A program made the translations under genes and the position numbers. Of a DNA stretch of 64,000 bases, positions 27,637 to 39,190 are shown in pieces (within the stretch, counting starts at the first letter, position 1; every line of letters begins with the position of its first letter). Origin of the DNA: Octopus bimaculoides (lineage: Eukaryota); assembly GCF_001194135.2 (NCBI RefSeq), contig NC_068984.1, positions 87,691,416 through 87,755,415 on the forward strand, read 5' to 3'. The notes under the pieces are model-generated. The model searched no databases. It saw nothing but the letters and a program-made list of their open reading frames with translations, and had not been told where the DNA came from.

Positions 27637-27924
27637 ATTTAGATAGTGAGTGAATGTGTTAGGTAGGTAGGTTGATAGATAGAAAGATAGGTAGATACTT
27701 ATTGGTAGGTTGATAGATAGAAAGATAGGTAGATACTTATGAAGAAAATTTACATAAACACACACAAATGTTCACATTGAAAGATTGCATCTCACACTAC
27801 ATTAGTACTTATAGAAACACAAACACAAACATACATACATATATGTATCTATTTATTGAAATGATAGTTTTCCAAATTACTAACAACTTTAATCCAATCT
27901 AAAACATTGAGGAGCGATCTTCTA

Positions 27925-28092
27925 TTCTTTTATCAGTTTCAGTCATTTGACTGAAGGCCATGCTGGAGCACCAAATCAACCCCAGGACTTATTTTTTAAG
28001 CCTAGTACTTATTCAGTTGGTCTCTTTGGTTAAACTGTTAAGTCATGGGAATGTAAATACATCAACACTGGTTGTCAAGCAGTGCTGGGGGA
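27925..28092 (-). mobile_element. SINE family A, 3' half
   Basis: Homology to other copies. Confidence 0.8.
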
Positions 28093-28109
28093 ACAAATAC
28101 ATAATTCAT

Positions 28110-28535
28110 AAAAGTTCTATACCTTTTACGCAACACCACTCCTATCTTGCAGCCCATAGACCAACAAGTGATTTTTAATTTTAAAAAATTGTATACCACA
28201 TGCCTGTTTCATCAGTGCTTTGAAGTCATCGAAAATATAAATCTAACCCTTCGTTAGTTTTGGAAGAAGCACTACAACATTAACTGCCCAAAAATCATCA
28301 ATATGGTCTGGCAGGTTGTAATGAGGAAAATGCTGAATTCTGCATGGAGGAAACTGTGGCCTGACTGCATATCCAGAAGAGACTTTGAGGGGTTTGAGTC
28401 TGAGACACCTGTAGTTGAAGAGATAGTGTCTCTTGGCAAGTCCATGGGCCTCAAGGTTGACAATGGGGACATTAATGATTTCATCGAGGAACACTCAGAG
28501 GAGCTGACGACAGATGAATTCCTGCAGCTTCAAAC
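28110..28535 (+). mobile_element. pogo/Tigger transposase 3' fragment
   Basis: NTTPILQPIDQQVI, AWRKLWPDC..FEGF..VVEEIVSLGKSMGL..EEHSEELTTDE. Confidence 0.85.
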
Positions 28536-28879
28536 CAGTAGCTGCCAACAACCCAGATATATCACCTTAACATTAGCTGCACCTAAATACTGGCTGCATC
28601 ACAGCTAAGGACAGGGTTCCTCACCAACAATGCCTACACAGACTACAAGCTAGCCTTCCAACCTTATGCATCCCCTGTAATTCCCTATGTTCAACTCCAT
28701 ATATGTGGGTGCTGACACACATATGTCTATGTACATATGTTTTCTCTCTCTTTCTTTCTCTCCCTAATACCACAAAACCTCAATGCTCTATGATCTCCCC
28801 CACCCCACCAGCAATGCTGTTGTGACAACATTAGCATTCATCTGTCATGCTGACATGGGTAAATACCAAAAGCATGAAT

Positions 28880-29381
28880 GTGTATGTACACACACACTAG
28901 ATAACACACTAGATAACACACATATACGTTCTTCCAGACAAACATGCACACATTCATATGCACACATATCAATGCAGGAATGTACATATTCATGCTCACC
29001 AATCATCCACACACACACACATACTCATATATGCATCCTAAACACATATGTGCACACATGTATATACAGCAGGCACTAATGAACACACATTCACGCACAC
29101 ACTTATATAACTGATACATAGCTGATATACACGTGGCACCATACATCCACATATTCATGCATGCAAGTACACACACATACCTGATATGTACTCACACCCA
29201 TATGTACACACACACACTCAGGTAAGCATGCACATATGCACCAACAAGCTAATGCCATCAGCTCTCATTGACACGTACACTCCCCCCACTACTAAACACA
29301 CATGCATAGCTGACACAGATGCATAGGCATCAGATATCCACATTTATGCATTCACACATCTGCTATACACACACACACACA
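28880..29381. repeat. Degenerate CA/TA-rich low-complexity tract
   Basis: Direct inspection. Confidence 0.8.
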
Positions 29382-29496
29382 TGCCTTCTCCAAAGACTGA
29401 CCAGACAGTAAGGCACAACCAACTTCCTGTCTTGCCATGTGGGCCAAGAAATTCTCTGTTTTAATGCATCTGGTGTTACTGGAGTGCTGATCTCAC

Positions 29497-29578
29497 TTTT
29501 AACAACACCATGTGACTTGCCTTGGCCAATGGCAGACCAGTTTTCTGTAGCCATCTTGGATTTACTGTATCTCTCCAT
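29497..29578 (-). CDS. First coding exon of a small CS-domain-like protein gene (MERYSKSKMATENWSAIGQGKSHGVVK; likely start at the second ATG, 29554)
   Basis: Acceptor tttcatag before 29601; ATG at 29554 in strong context (aagATGg); donor AAAA|gtgaga in phase 1, matching the next exon. Confidence 0.7.
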
Positions 29579-29713
29579 TCAGTTAACTGAGCTCCATGAG
29601 CCTATGAAACTCATGGGGCAAAATCAAACCGTTTTAAATAATAATATATGTAACTCCTACTAAATATGTTGAGTGTCTCTTTAGTTTGTTTGTCCACTGA
29701 ACCATATATATTA

Positions 29714-30028
29714 GGTACGTTGCTTAGTAGTTAAGATATTTGGCTCATGATCACAAGGTTGTGAGTAATTCCAAGTGATGCATTGTGTCCTTGAGCAAGA
29801 CTCTTTATTTCATGTTGCTCCAGTACACTCAGCTGGTAAAAATAAGTAGTACCTGTACTTCAAAGGGCCAACCATGTCACACTGTGTCATGCTGAATCTC
29901 CCTGAAAACTACATTAAGGGTACACATGTCTGTGGAGTGCTCATCCATTTACGTGTTAATTTCACAAGGAGGCTGTTCCGTTGATCGAATCAATTGGAAC
30001 TCTTGTCTACATAACCAATGGAGTGCCA
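29714..30028 (+). mobile_element. SINE family C (different head, family B 3' half)
   Basis: tRNA-like head, ccttgagcaag core, shared caaagggcca..atcaactggaac tail. Confidence 0.75.
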
Positions 30029-30073
30029 TATACATATATATATATATATATACATATACATGTATATACATAT

Positions 30074-30117
<44 letters not shown>

Positions 30118-30625
30118 TCTTCTTAATCCTTTTTGCCCCTTGTGGAGCATAGGGCCTCAACAGTTGTTTTCCACTTTTTGCGACCATTGGCATGTTTCTT
30201 GACCGCTTCCCATATCAGGCCAGTGTTCCTGAGCTCGTCCAAAATGCTCCGCTTCCATGTCTGTTTCGGGCGTCCTCGTTTCCTTTTCCCCTGCAGGTTC
30301 CAGTGAAGTGCTTGTCGTGTCACATTTGAGGGTTCTTTCTGCAGTGTGTGTCCGATCCATCTCCATTTCCTTCGTCTAATCTGAACATGTATGGGCTCCT
30401 GGTTGGCCCTTTCCCACAGGTCGATGTTTGGCACTGTCAAACCACTTCAGATGGAGGATCTGCTGGAGACATCTGTTGATGAAGGTCTGGATCTTCTTGT
30501 AGTTGTTGCAGGTGGCTCTCCATGTTTCAGAGCCATACAAAAGCACAGATTTTACGTTTGAGCTAAATAAGCGGAGTTTAATTCGAGTTGAGATGGCAGT
30601 GGACTTCCATACCGGCCGAAGAATA
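30118..30625 (-). mobile_element. Second RTE family (BovB/SR2-like) 3' fragment
   Basis: KLRLFSSNVKSVLLYGSETW and RRRKWRWIGHTL..ALHWNLQGKRKRGRPKQTW, stop followed by a short (GAA)n tail. Confidence 0.9.
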
Positions 30626-30744
30626 GTGAAGGCTATATATATATATACACACACACACACATGTTTATGTATTTTAAATGGTAAAATATGACCATCCCCA
30701 AGTATAACAATATATAATACAGTTCTATATTTAAGGGATGAGCA

Positions 30745-30901
30745 AGTATGTACATTATTTACATTTGACTGATATTTGTCCTCATCTTGTTTGTTGTTAA
30801 CACAACGTTTCAGCTTACATACCCTCCAGCCTTCATCAGGTGTCTCGGGGGAATTTCGAACCTGGGTTCTCATTCCTAAGGTATTTTTCGATGTTATTAT
30901 C

Positions 30902-30932
<31 letters not shown>

Positions 30933-30996
30933 TCACTGCCTGGAATGGAACTCGGAATTTTGGGGTTAGTAGCCTGCGCTCTTAACCACTACGGCA
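30745..30996 (-). mobile_element. SINE family E: tRNA head, (AAT)n, Penelope-type hammerhead tail
   Basis: A box TAGTGGTTAAG, B box GAGTTCCATTCC; hammerhead motif at 30799-30844. Confidence 0.8.
30799..30844 (-). ncRNA. Minimal type I hammerhead ribozyme
   Basis: GACAC-CUGAUGA-A-GGCU..AGCU-GAAA-CG-UU^GUGUU. Confidence 0.7.
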
Positions 30997-31004
30997 TATA
31001 TATA

Positions 31005-31291
31005 TTCTTTTATTCATTTTAGTCATTTGGCTGCAGTCATGCTGGAGCACCACCCTGAATTTTCTAGTTGAATGAATTAACCCCAATACTTATTTTTTTA
31101 AGCATTGTACTTTTTCTATCAATCTCTTTTGCCAAACCATTAATGTAAACAAGTGGTGATGGGTAACAGACACAAAGACACACTGCCTGAGGCTATAGCA
31201 GAAGACACCTGCCCAATGTACCACACAGTGGGACTGAACCTGGAACTATGTGGTTGAGAAGCAAGCTTCTTACCACACAGCCACGCCTGCA
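31005..31291 (-). mobile_element. SINE family A, internally deleted
   Basis: Head and tail present. Confidence 0.8.
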
Positions 31292-31935
31292 CAGATATAT
31301 ATCTATATATATAAATTTGACATGGTCGATTCTTTCTTGTCTTGGGATTCACAGTCAAACGGCTGGGTGGAATTGCACGAAAAATTACACAGATGTGTAG
31401 AATGATCCGGTGGTGATGCTGGACTTTGTAGTTTTTCATAGCTCCCATGGTTACCAAGATAATCTACTATGATAATACTCTTGTGTTTATAAATGAGAAA
31501 GGAAGGGGTTAGGGTTAGGGATGATGAAAATTGTATGCTGAAAAAACTAAATCAAAAGCGTTTCAACACTGTGTGAATATGTGTATGTAAAAGTGGGTAT
31601 GTGAATGTGTGTGTGTGTGGGGGGGGTGCAATGGAAGTGGGATGGTGCATTTGTGTTCGCNNNNNNNNNNNNNNNNNNNNNNNNNNNNNNNNNNNNNNNN
31701 NNNNNNNNNNNNNNNNNNNNNNNNNNNNNNNNNNNNNNNNNNNNNNNNNNNNNNNNNNNNNNNNNNNNNNNNNNNNNNNNNNNNNNNNNNNNNNNNNNNN
31801 NNNNNNNNNNNNNNNNNNNNNNNNNNNNNNNNNNNNNNNNNNNNNNNNNNNNNNNNNNNNNNNNNNNNNNNNNNNNNNNNNNNNNNNNNNNNNNNNNNNN
31901 NNNNNNNNNNNNNNNNNNNNNNNNNNNNNNNNNNN

Positions 31936-31974
<39 letters not shown>

Positions 31975-32254
31975 TTCTTAAGTTACCACTACTCTTCTAC
32001 CCTGCCAGTGCACATATGCACCATTGCATGCATGCATATGTTTATATTCACATAAGCAATGCTATATTGAGTATTTTATGTAAGTCTGTTGTCCACCAAG
32101 TTCAGTAAGAGAATATGCTTACTCAGTCTACAGTCATAAAAGATACATTCTGCAGAAACGTGTATAATTATGTTGTTGAGACAAGCAGAGTCAGGATATT
32201 TTTTTTTTCCTTTGTACTTGTTTCACTCATTATACTGTAGCAATGCTGAGGAAT

Positions 32255-32401
32255 TTTAATCAACTGAATCAATACCCATAGTTAGTTTCTTTTTAAACTT
32301 GGCATTTATTCTATTTGTCTCTTGTTGAACCACTAAGTTACAGGATGTAAACACACCAACACCGCTTGTCAAGCAGTGGTGGGAGACAAACACATAGATA
32401 C

Positions 32402-32455
<54 letters not shown>

Positions 32456-32593
32456 GATGGGCTTCTTTCAGTTCCTGTCTACCAAGTTCACTCACAAAGC
32501 TTTGGTCAGTCCAAGGCTATAGAAGACACTTGCCCAAGGTGTCATGCAGTGAGAGTGAACCTGGTTGTGAAGCAAGCTTCTTACCACACAGCT
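32255..32593 (-). mobile_element. SINE family A
   Basis: Homology to other copies. Confidence 0.8.
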
Positions 32594-32867
32594 ATATATA
32601 CATGGATCAAAACAGTTTCATTCAGATTCTGGTAGAAACTTGAATAGATATGGAAGGGGGATCCCCTTCTGTCTCTGCCTCTACCTCTCTCCCTCCCTCC
32701 CTCCATTGTCAATGGAACCTCACCCCCCAAAAAAACAACATTCTCTTATTCTAAACAAAACCTCCCCAAAAATATCTTTTTGTACATTCACACGTGTGTG
32801 TGTATTGGGTTATCAGATAAATTCATTAATTTCTTTCCAATGTTATTTGACTTAATCATCTTCATTT

Positions 32868-33090
32868 TCATCATCATCGTTTAACGCCTGCTTTCCATGC
32901 TGGCATAGGTTGGACAGTTTGACTGAGGACTGGCAAGCCAGGTGTCTGCACCAGGCTCCAATCTGATCTGGCAAGGTTTCTAATGCCAACCACTCCAAGA
33001 ATGTAGTGGGTGCTTTTTACGAGCCACTGGCTTGAGGGCCAATCGGGTGGCACTGGCATCGATCATGGTCGAATGGTGCTTTTTACATGC
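32868..33090 (-). mobile_element. RTE 3' UTR/tail fragment
   Basis: Matches the 3' ends of the longer RTE copies. Confidence 0.75.
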
Positions 33091-33199
33091 CACAATAATA
33101 TTTTTATTGTGTTGTTTTATGGGGGTTTTTTTTGTATCTCTGTTCTTCTGCAACAGCTTTTGTTTATCATTTTTGAAATTTGCTAAAACTTTATCTCTT

Positions 33200-33690
33200 T
33201 TCAGGTGTATGATGATAGAGTGTCAAGTAGAAAAAGATAAGCATTTTTGATATTTGCTTCTCTTTGTTTTTCTAACAGGGTTCCAAAACTGTCAAAGCCA
33301 CTTGACATGGAGAAGATGCTATTATTGAAAGAAGCACACAGATATGGTTTCCACACTTCAAGAAGGGGAAATTCGACCTCAAAGACACTCCAACTTCCAG
33401 CCAGCTCATGCATTTCAATCAGTATCAATTGAATGGGCTCATCCATGCCAATCTACTAGAAAATGATACCACTACCTGTCACCTTCACAAATTTGGTGCA
33501 GGGCAGCCACATACTCTGAATGAAAGAGACAAATGCTAACACACATCTATCATTACAATTTGCTCTTCCAACACCAAGCTGCTTGCGGATACAGCGATTT
33601 TTTTACTGCATCATCACCAGTGATGAAAAGTGGTATCTTTATAGTAATATGCAGCAGAAGAAAGAATGGTTGTTCACGGCTACTGCTAAC
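33200..33690 (+). mobile_element. Mariner transposase 5' fragment
   Basis: MIECQVEKDKHF, ..KKGKFDLKDTP, IITSDEKWYLY. Confidence 0.75.
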
Positions 33691-34347
33691 CAGAGATGGA
33701 ATGTTTATTCAGACAAAATAAATTATTATTGCTATTTGTTCAGAGAGATCTTATCCTCGTCTTTTCCTTCCATGAACTATGTATGGATTTGTGAAGCACC
33801 CAGCAAGTGCTAATCACATATTTTCCTACAGGTGTGATCTGATAGAGATATGGCAGCTATATTTTGTAGCTGTAACTCCATTTCAACCTTGATCATAGGT
33901 AATAGTGTATTTAGGATTACTTTATCTAATGTACTGTTTTTAAAAATAGGAAAGTGTGATTTGCAAGAGATATGGCTGTTATTTCTAGAATTTGGAGCAA
34001 CTACAATGAGGTTTCCTCATTCATTTGTCAAAAGGCTTAAGCTGTTACTGCTTAATCCAGGATGGTTTGAACAAAGAAATTTTAGCCATGACCATCCTGT
34101 CTCTTTTCAAATATAATAATATCTAGGACTACATTATCAAATATATTCTTTCATTTTATGTGATTCCAGGGAAATCTAGCTGTTATTTCAAGTGATCACT
34201 CGAAAAATCTTTCATTGGCTCAAACAGCTTAAGTTCATTATGTATGGTAAAATTTTTATGTTTTTCGGATTTTGAAGAAAAAAATGAAATTCTTGGAAAA
34301 ACTCAGTCAACAAACCATTTTTCACTTGCATGTGTAGAAGATTCCAA

Positions 34348-35534
34348 GGCATTCCTACACATGTATGTCCTCTGCCTCTAACCGACTTTGTTACCTCATA
34401 ACTGCCAGAAAATGGATAATTTTAAATGAAATTTTCTACAAAGACACTTCAGATGGTGTAGATTCTGATTATATCTGAATATGTGGTGAGGAGTTTTGAA
34501 AAATTTACATGAGACAGCTTTCTTTGCTCATAACTTTCAGAAATATGGGCAATTTTTAAATGAAATTTTCTAATTTTCAGAATGTGTAGATTACCATTAT
34601 ATCGGAATTAAATTTGAAAAAAAAACAAAAACAAAAGAAATTGGTGGGTTCATACACATACATACTGACACACGTCACATATATCAACAAAATGAAACTT
34701 GAAATTTTGAACAAAAAAATGCGACGTGTCAGTATGTGTGTGTACATGCTCACTATTTTTCTTTCACACATCAAATTCCGGCAATGTTTCGTTGATGGTC
34801 TAAATCTTCGGCAATTTCCGTCGTAAAGAATTTTTATTTATATACCTTTATTTTCATGTCCTGTTGAAGGTAACATTTACTTAGAAGTCATGGCGGGGAG
34901 GGGCGGTGAAGAGTGAAATATGCACCAGCGCGCACGCACTCACACACGCACACACACACACACACACACATTGACTTTCATGCCCATGATATGAGTGCGT
35001 GAGTAAATACAAATACATAAAGCTGAACACGCACGCACACACAAACACACACATTGTTTCACATACAAACATACATACATACATACATTGTGTAAGAGTG
35101 TGTGTGTGTGTATGTGGTAGCGCGTTTCACCTTTCGCCTCCCTCACCGACTTCAACAAGACCTAAAAGTGAAACTAAATTCTTCACGGAAATTGCCGAAC
35201 TATCAACTGGAAGAAAACGACAAGATTAAGACCATAATCATCACCCAAGTTCCGATATAATCGTAATTTACACACCCCGAAAAGTATTTGTAGAAAGTTT
35301 CATTAAAAAATCCATTTTTCTGAAAGTTACGAGGAAACAAAGCCAACTTGCGTGAATTTTCCGAATCTTCTCTTCCCACTCACAGAAAGTTTTCTCACAA
35401 CAAATTCCGATATAATCGAAATCAACACCATCTGAAGCGTATTTGTCGAAAATTTCATTAAAAAATATCCATTTTTCTGGAAGTTATGAGGAAACAAAAT
35501 CTGGGGTGGGGTTACAAACGTATGTAGGAATGCC
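34348..35534. mobile_element. Old foldback / long-TIR element
   Basis: Perfect termini GGCATTCCTACA/TGTAGGAATGCC; degenerate inverted symmetry continues inward to the central microsatellites; each arm has two subrepeats. Confidence 0.75.
34754..35110 (-). promoter_or_regulatory. Candidate promoter / non-coding first exon of the CS-domain gene
   Basis: CpG-rich patch at the edge of the CpG-depleted block; minus-strand donors taa|gtaaat (34881/34880) and ata|gtgagc (34754/34753). TSS position is inferred, not seen. Confidence 0.35.
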
Positions 35535-36444
35535 AATTTTAAAATAATAGTTAGACAAAATGCTTCATCGTATTTAATATGGAAAACAGTTTTCCTTTTT
35601 TTTTCCGGTCTAGCGGGCAGCATGAAGAAGTGATATCGTTTTTGCGCGCATTCTACCAATGTAAACAATATGCTTTTAGGTAACTTACATATTAGCTTAA
35701 TTTCTCTTTGACACTATCATCAAAACAAAGAATTACTTTCATTTACTTTAACGAAACAAATATATACACAATCATCAAACTTGTTATTGTTTTGAATGGA
35801 ATTTAAGGTAGGAAATATCTGTGTTTTAGCAAACAATATAACTACTTCAGCTGCTGCTTTCAAACAATTTCAGCTGTCAGTGGATAAACTGTCAAATAAA
35901 AATATACTGATCCAAAATTAATCCCCATAATCAGCCACCTATGTTTTACTTTTCATATTGTGAAACTTCGCGCATTTTTAAAATTCAAATTTAAGCACTG
36001 ACTGAATAATTAATAGTTACTAAGTTAAATAGGCACAAATCCACAAAAATTTCTGCAGGGGCTTTAAAGATTTAAAGAACTAGTACTTTGTTTTATACAT
36101 CGCGGAAGTAAATAAAGACAAAAAAAATGGTGAGATTAAGTCGGAAGGTAAAGGGGAATAACTGTATGTATACAATTCTTTGTCTCTGTTCCTTATGCAT
36201 TCTCAAACGGCTCCACCAAATCAAATGTCAACATGTAATTTTTGTTTTCCTTTGGATTGAAACAATATAACATTTTCTCGAAAATAATCTTCTTATAGTC
36301 AACTATAGTGACGGATATTTTATAATACGACGACAACGATGTCACACTTTGTATATGAGAGTGTATGTCTGTGAGTGTGCGTGTTTGCGCGTTCGTTGTA
36401 CAAGATCGTCCTTTCTATTGCGCGTTTGTTGAGTACGAGATTGT

Positions 36445-36632
36445 CCTTTCCACTGGAGGCACAAGGCCTCAAATTTGGGGGAAGGGATCAAGTCGATTAC
36501 ATGGACCCCCGTGCGTAACTAGTACTTATTTAATCGACTCCGAAAGGATGAAAGGCTAAGTCGACCTCGGCGGAATTTGAACTCAGAACGTAGCAGCAGA
36601 CGAAGCATTTCGCTCGGCGTGCTAACGATCCT
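36445..36632 (-). mobile_element. SINE family D
   Basis: Homology to 925-1125. Confidence 0.8.
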
Positions 36633-37299
36633 AACATTTTACACAATGACATCTCTCTGTCATTCTCTCTTCATGTTGTCAGCTACCCTGTCTAGCGTTT
36701 ACCGTTGTAACAATGTCTGGTACCAAAAATGGTAAATATTTCGTACCTGGTGTGAAATAATATTTTCCCAGTTTTATTCGAGTGCATTTAACGTATCTAA
36801 TCTCCAAACCCGCCGCAAGCCACTTTTTTCCGGAAAAGAAAGTGTGGGGAGAGGTTAAAAAAATGTTCTCAGCGAAATATCAGCGGGTCCTTTACCGCAA
36901 ATAGCTGTTACGTGGTACTAGGGCGTGCTAGAAATAGCAGCCAAATCTTTCCTTTTCTCGGAAAAGGAGCTGTTTACGCGTGATTTCGATGTGACATTTG
37001 TTGAGAGTATGCGAACCCAGTCCTGTTTGTCATAAATATATACAGGTTGCTTAGATCTTATTTAAATAGTAGAACAGTCATATTTGATAGTTCTTTGTTT
37101 ACAAATTTCAGAAAATGAATTATTCATGGGATAAAAACTACATTGTTACGACGATGGTAGCCATTTACAATAAATCATTTTCCTTTTATGAAATAACAAC
37201 AAACAATTTCAAAGACAGTAACTTTACCGTAAACTGGGGTCTGATAATTAGCTTCTGCCATGTTGCTGTAGTAATGCCTATCGGTGTAAACGTAAAAAA

Positions 37300-39190
37300 T
37301 ATCCCAGGGAAAATAATATCAATTTTTCCGACTGCGTCACTTTATATTAATTTATGGTTTGTTATAGATACCAACTTCAACATATATCTTAGGAAATGTA
37401 ATCTTAAGAATTTATGTAATCACTAGACTATTAGATATTTATCTATACAAAAGTGTCTCCCAAATAGAAACGTTTGACTTTTTGGTCAAGTTTTCGCTGC
37501 TAACTTAAGCCAAAATCCAAATGTTTTTGTCAAGCTATACCAGAACATATACGCACAAACACACATACATACATACATACATATTTCGTTTACAAAAATC
37601 CAGTGGCTATATGCTAGGGTCTACAACTGCTAGAGATGCCAATGTAATCCATAATTTCTTTGTGTATAACCTGAGGATTTATGCTAAAAGTGTTGACAAT
37701 GCAAACAAATTTAAAAAATAAAAAAACAGGGTAAATAACAACTGTTTCAAGTGACATAGGACTAGAATTTGGCCAAAAGTAGTCAAATTGCTGAACGTGG
37801 ACAATCAGTCACCCAAACCCAAAACATGTACATCGATCTCTTTCCTGTTCCACACAAAGAACACTACAAATAACTAGGTATTGATGAAAATATACAACAT
37901 TCGAAAAATACTATAAATAACTAGGTATTGATGAAATTATGTCATAGGAAGGTGCTGTGAACAAAGAGTGATCCTGGAATATTACTCGAGAATTAGAAAA
38001 ACAAAATAAGGACAGCCTTACAATACGACAATATCCCTCAATGTATTTGAAGTACCAGTGCTAATACCAATATTTGGGGTGCTTGAGTGAGGGGTGGGGT
38101 GAGGGGAGCGTGTCCCACTGAAGAAAAGAAGTACACCCTTCTAAATAATGTTACTACGCCCTTTTCTCCTGGAATTGTATTCCCTTCGAAAAATTCCTGG
38201 GACCGGCCCTGTGAGTGGTCTTTAGAGGAAATCCATTCCATAGACATTAAACCCCGAAAGATCCTGACATCAACAGAAAACATTCACAGAAACAATGATT
38301 TCTGTAGGCTCTACATAAGAGATGAAAGAGTTAGAGGTTTGATATTAGTACAGACAAATTCCGTATGTCATATAGTATCACTCAGATAGCATCTGCTAAA
38401 CAACTGTAAATATATAAACCTAATGCTGATATACAAAGAGAATACCATCCCACAAGTCGGCAGTGAGCTCTACCAAAACAACTGGACTAGCATACCTCAG
38501 AGAAAACCTAGATGTGAAACACTCAACCTACCAAAAAAAAAAAAAATGAAAAAATATGTATGAGTATGTTTCCCGAAGACTTGAACATGACACTAATACT
38601 GACATGACTGGTGTAATTAATAGGGAAGCAAGGAGAGCGACCGCTCCACGACGAGTACATTTTAAAAAATTGGTGCCTTTTATAAAAAAAAAATTATCAA
38701 CGAGTTAAAAATCATTTGGCATGTGTCATGGCTTCTTTTTTTATGCGCTCGCTCCACCTAACTTTAGAACCTAACTACGCCCCCCCACCACCGGAGCGGA
38801 GACTGCTACGTCACATTTCGAAGACTATACGTTTACGATCCAATAGGAGGAAACTGCTAAAAGTATTTAACGAACAAAAGGGACAGTGAAGTCTTTGGAG
38901 CCCGAAGATGCAACCGAAAACGTCGATTTGTCATATTTTTGTAGACATAACACGTTAGGGGTAGCAGCTCACAAATGTCATCAAGGTATTCTCATTCAAT
39001 GCGACATGACGAAAATGACTGTCCTGAGATGAATATAGAGAATCCCCCGAGTTATTGAGTACATGCATAAACATCAACACAAGGAATGTTGGCGGAACAT
39101 TCCAATCAAAAATTCTACAAAGTGCAAATAAAAGAGGTCGAATGTCGTTGTTTGGAACAAGCAAGGAAAGTAACCTGCCGGCAAAGAGAT
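37300..39190 (+). mobile_element. Highly decayed R4/Dong-like non-LTR element (RT plus CCHC/RLE end)
   Basis: Fragments FFVYNLRIYAK (YxDD region), YK*LGIDE, WSLEEIHSIDIKPRKILT..RLYIRDERVRGLI, SQMSSRYSHSMRHD, KECWRNIPIK..VVVWNK; many indels. Confidence 0.7.
38092..38211. mobile_element. hAT-like MITE remnant nested in the R4/Dong-like LINE
   Basis: Ends in ccggccctg (CAGGGCCGG terminus); flanks tgagtgag/tgagtggt; removing it restores FGVLE|WSLEEI. Confidence 0.55.

Noticed and set aside
27666-27740. 37-bp tandem duplication
   Set aside because: Ordinary slippage in GATA/GGTA-rich sequence; not a CRISPR-like array.
31300-31537. Open minus-strand frame (GNHGSYEKLQSPASPPDH..) after a good acceptor, with (TTAGGG)-like repeats
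   Set aside because: Looks repeat-derived, has no convincing donor and does not fit the CS-domain model; the telomere-like run is only about 2.5 units.
38895-38930. CCGAAGA..GAAAACGUC hammerhead-like string
   Set aside because: No helix I or II; it is coding sequence from the R4/Dong-like zinc-knuckle region.
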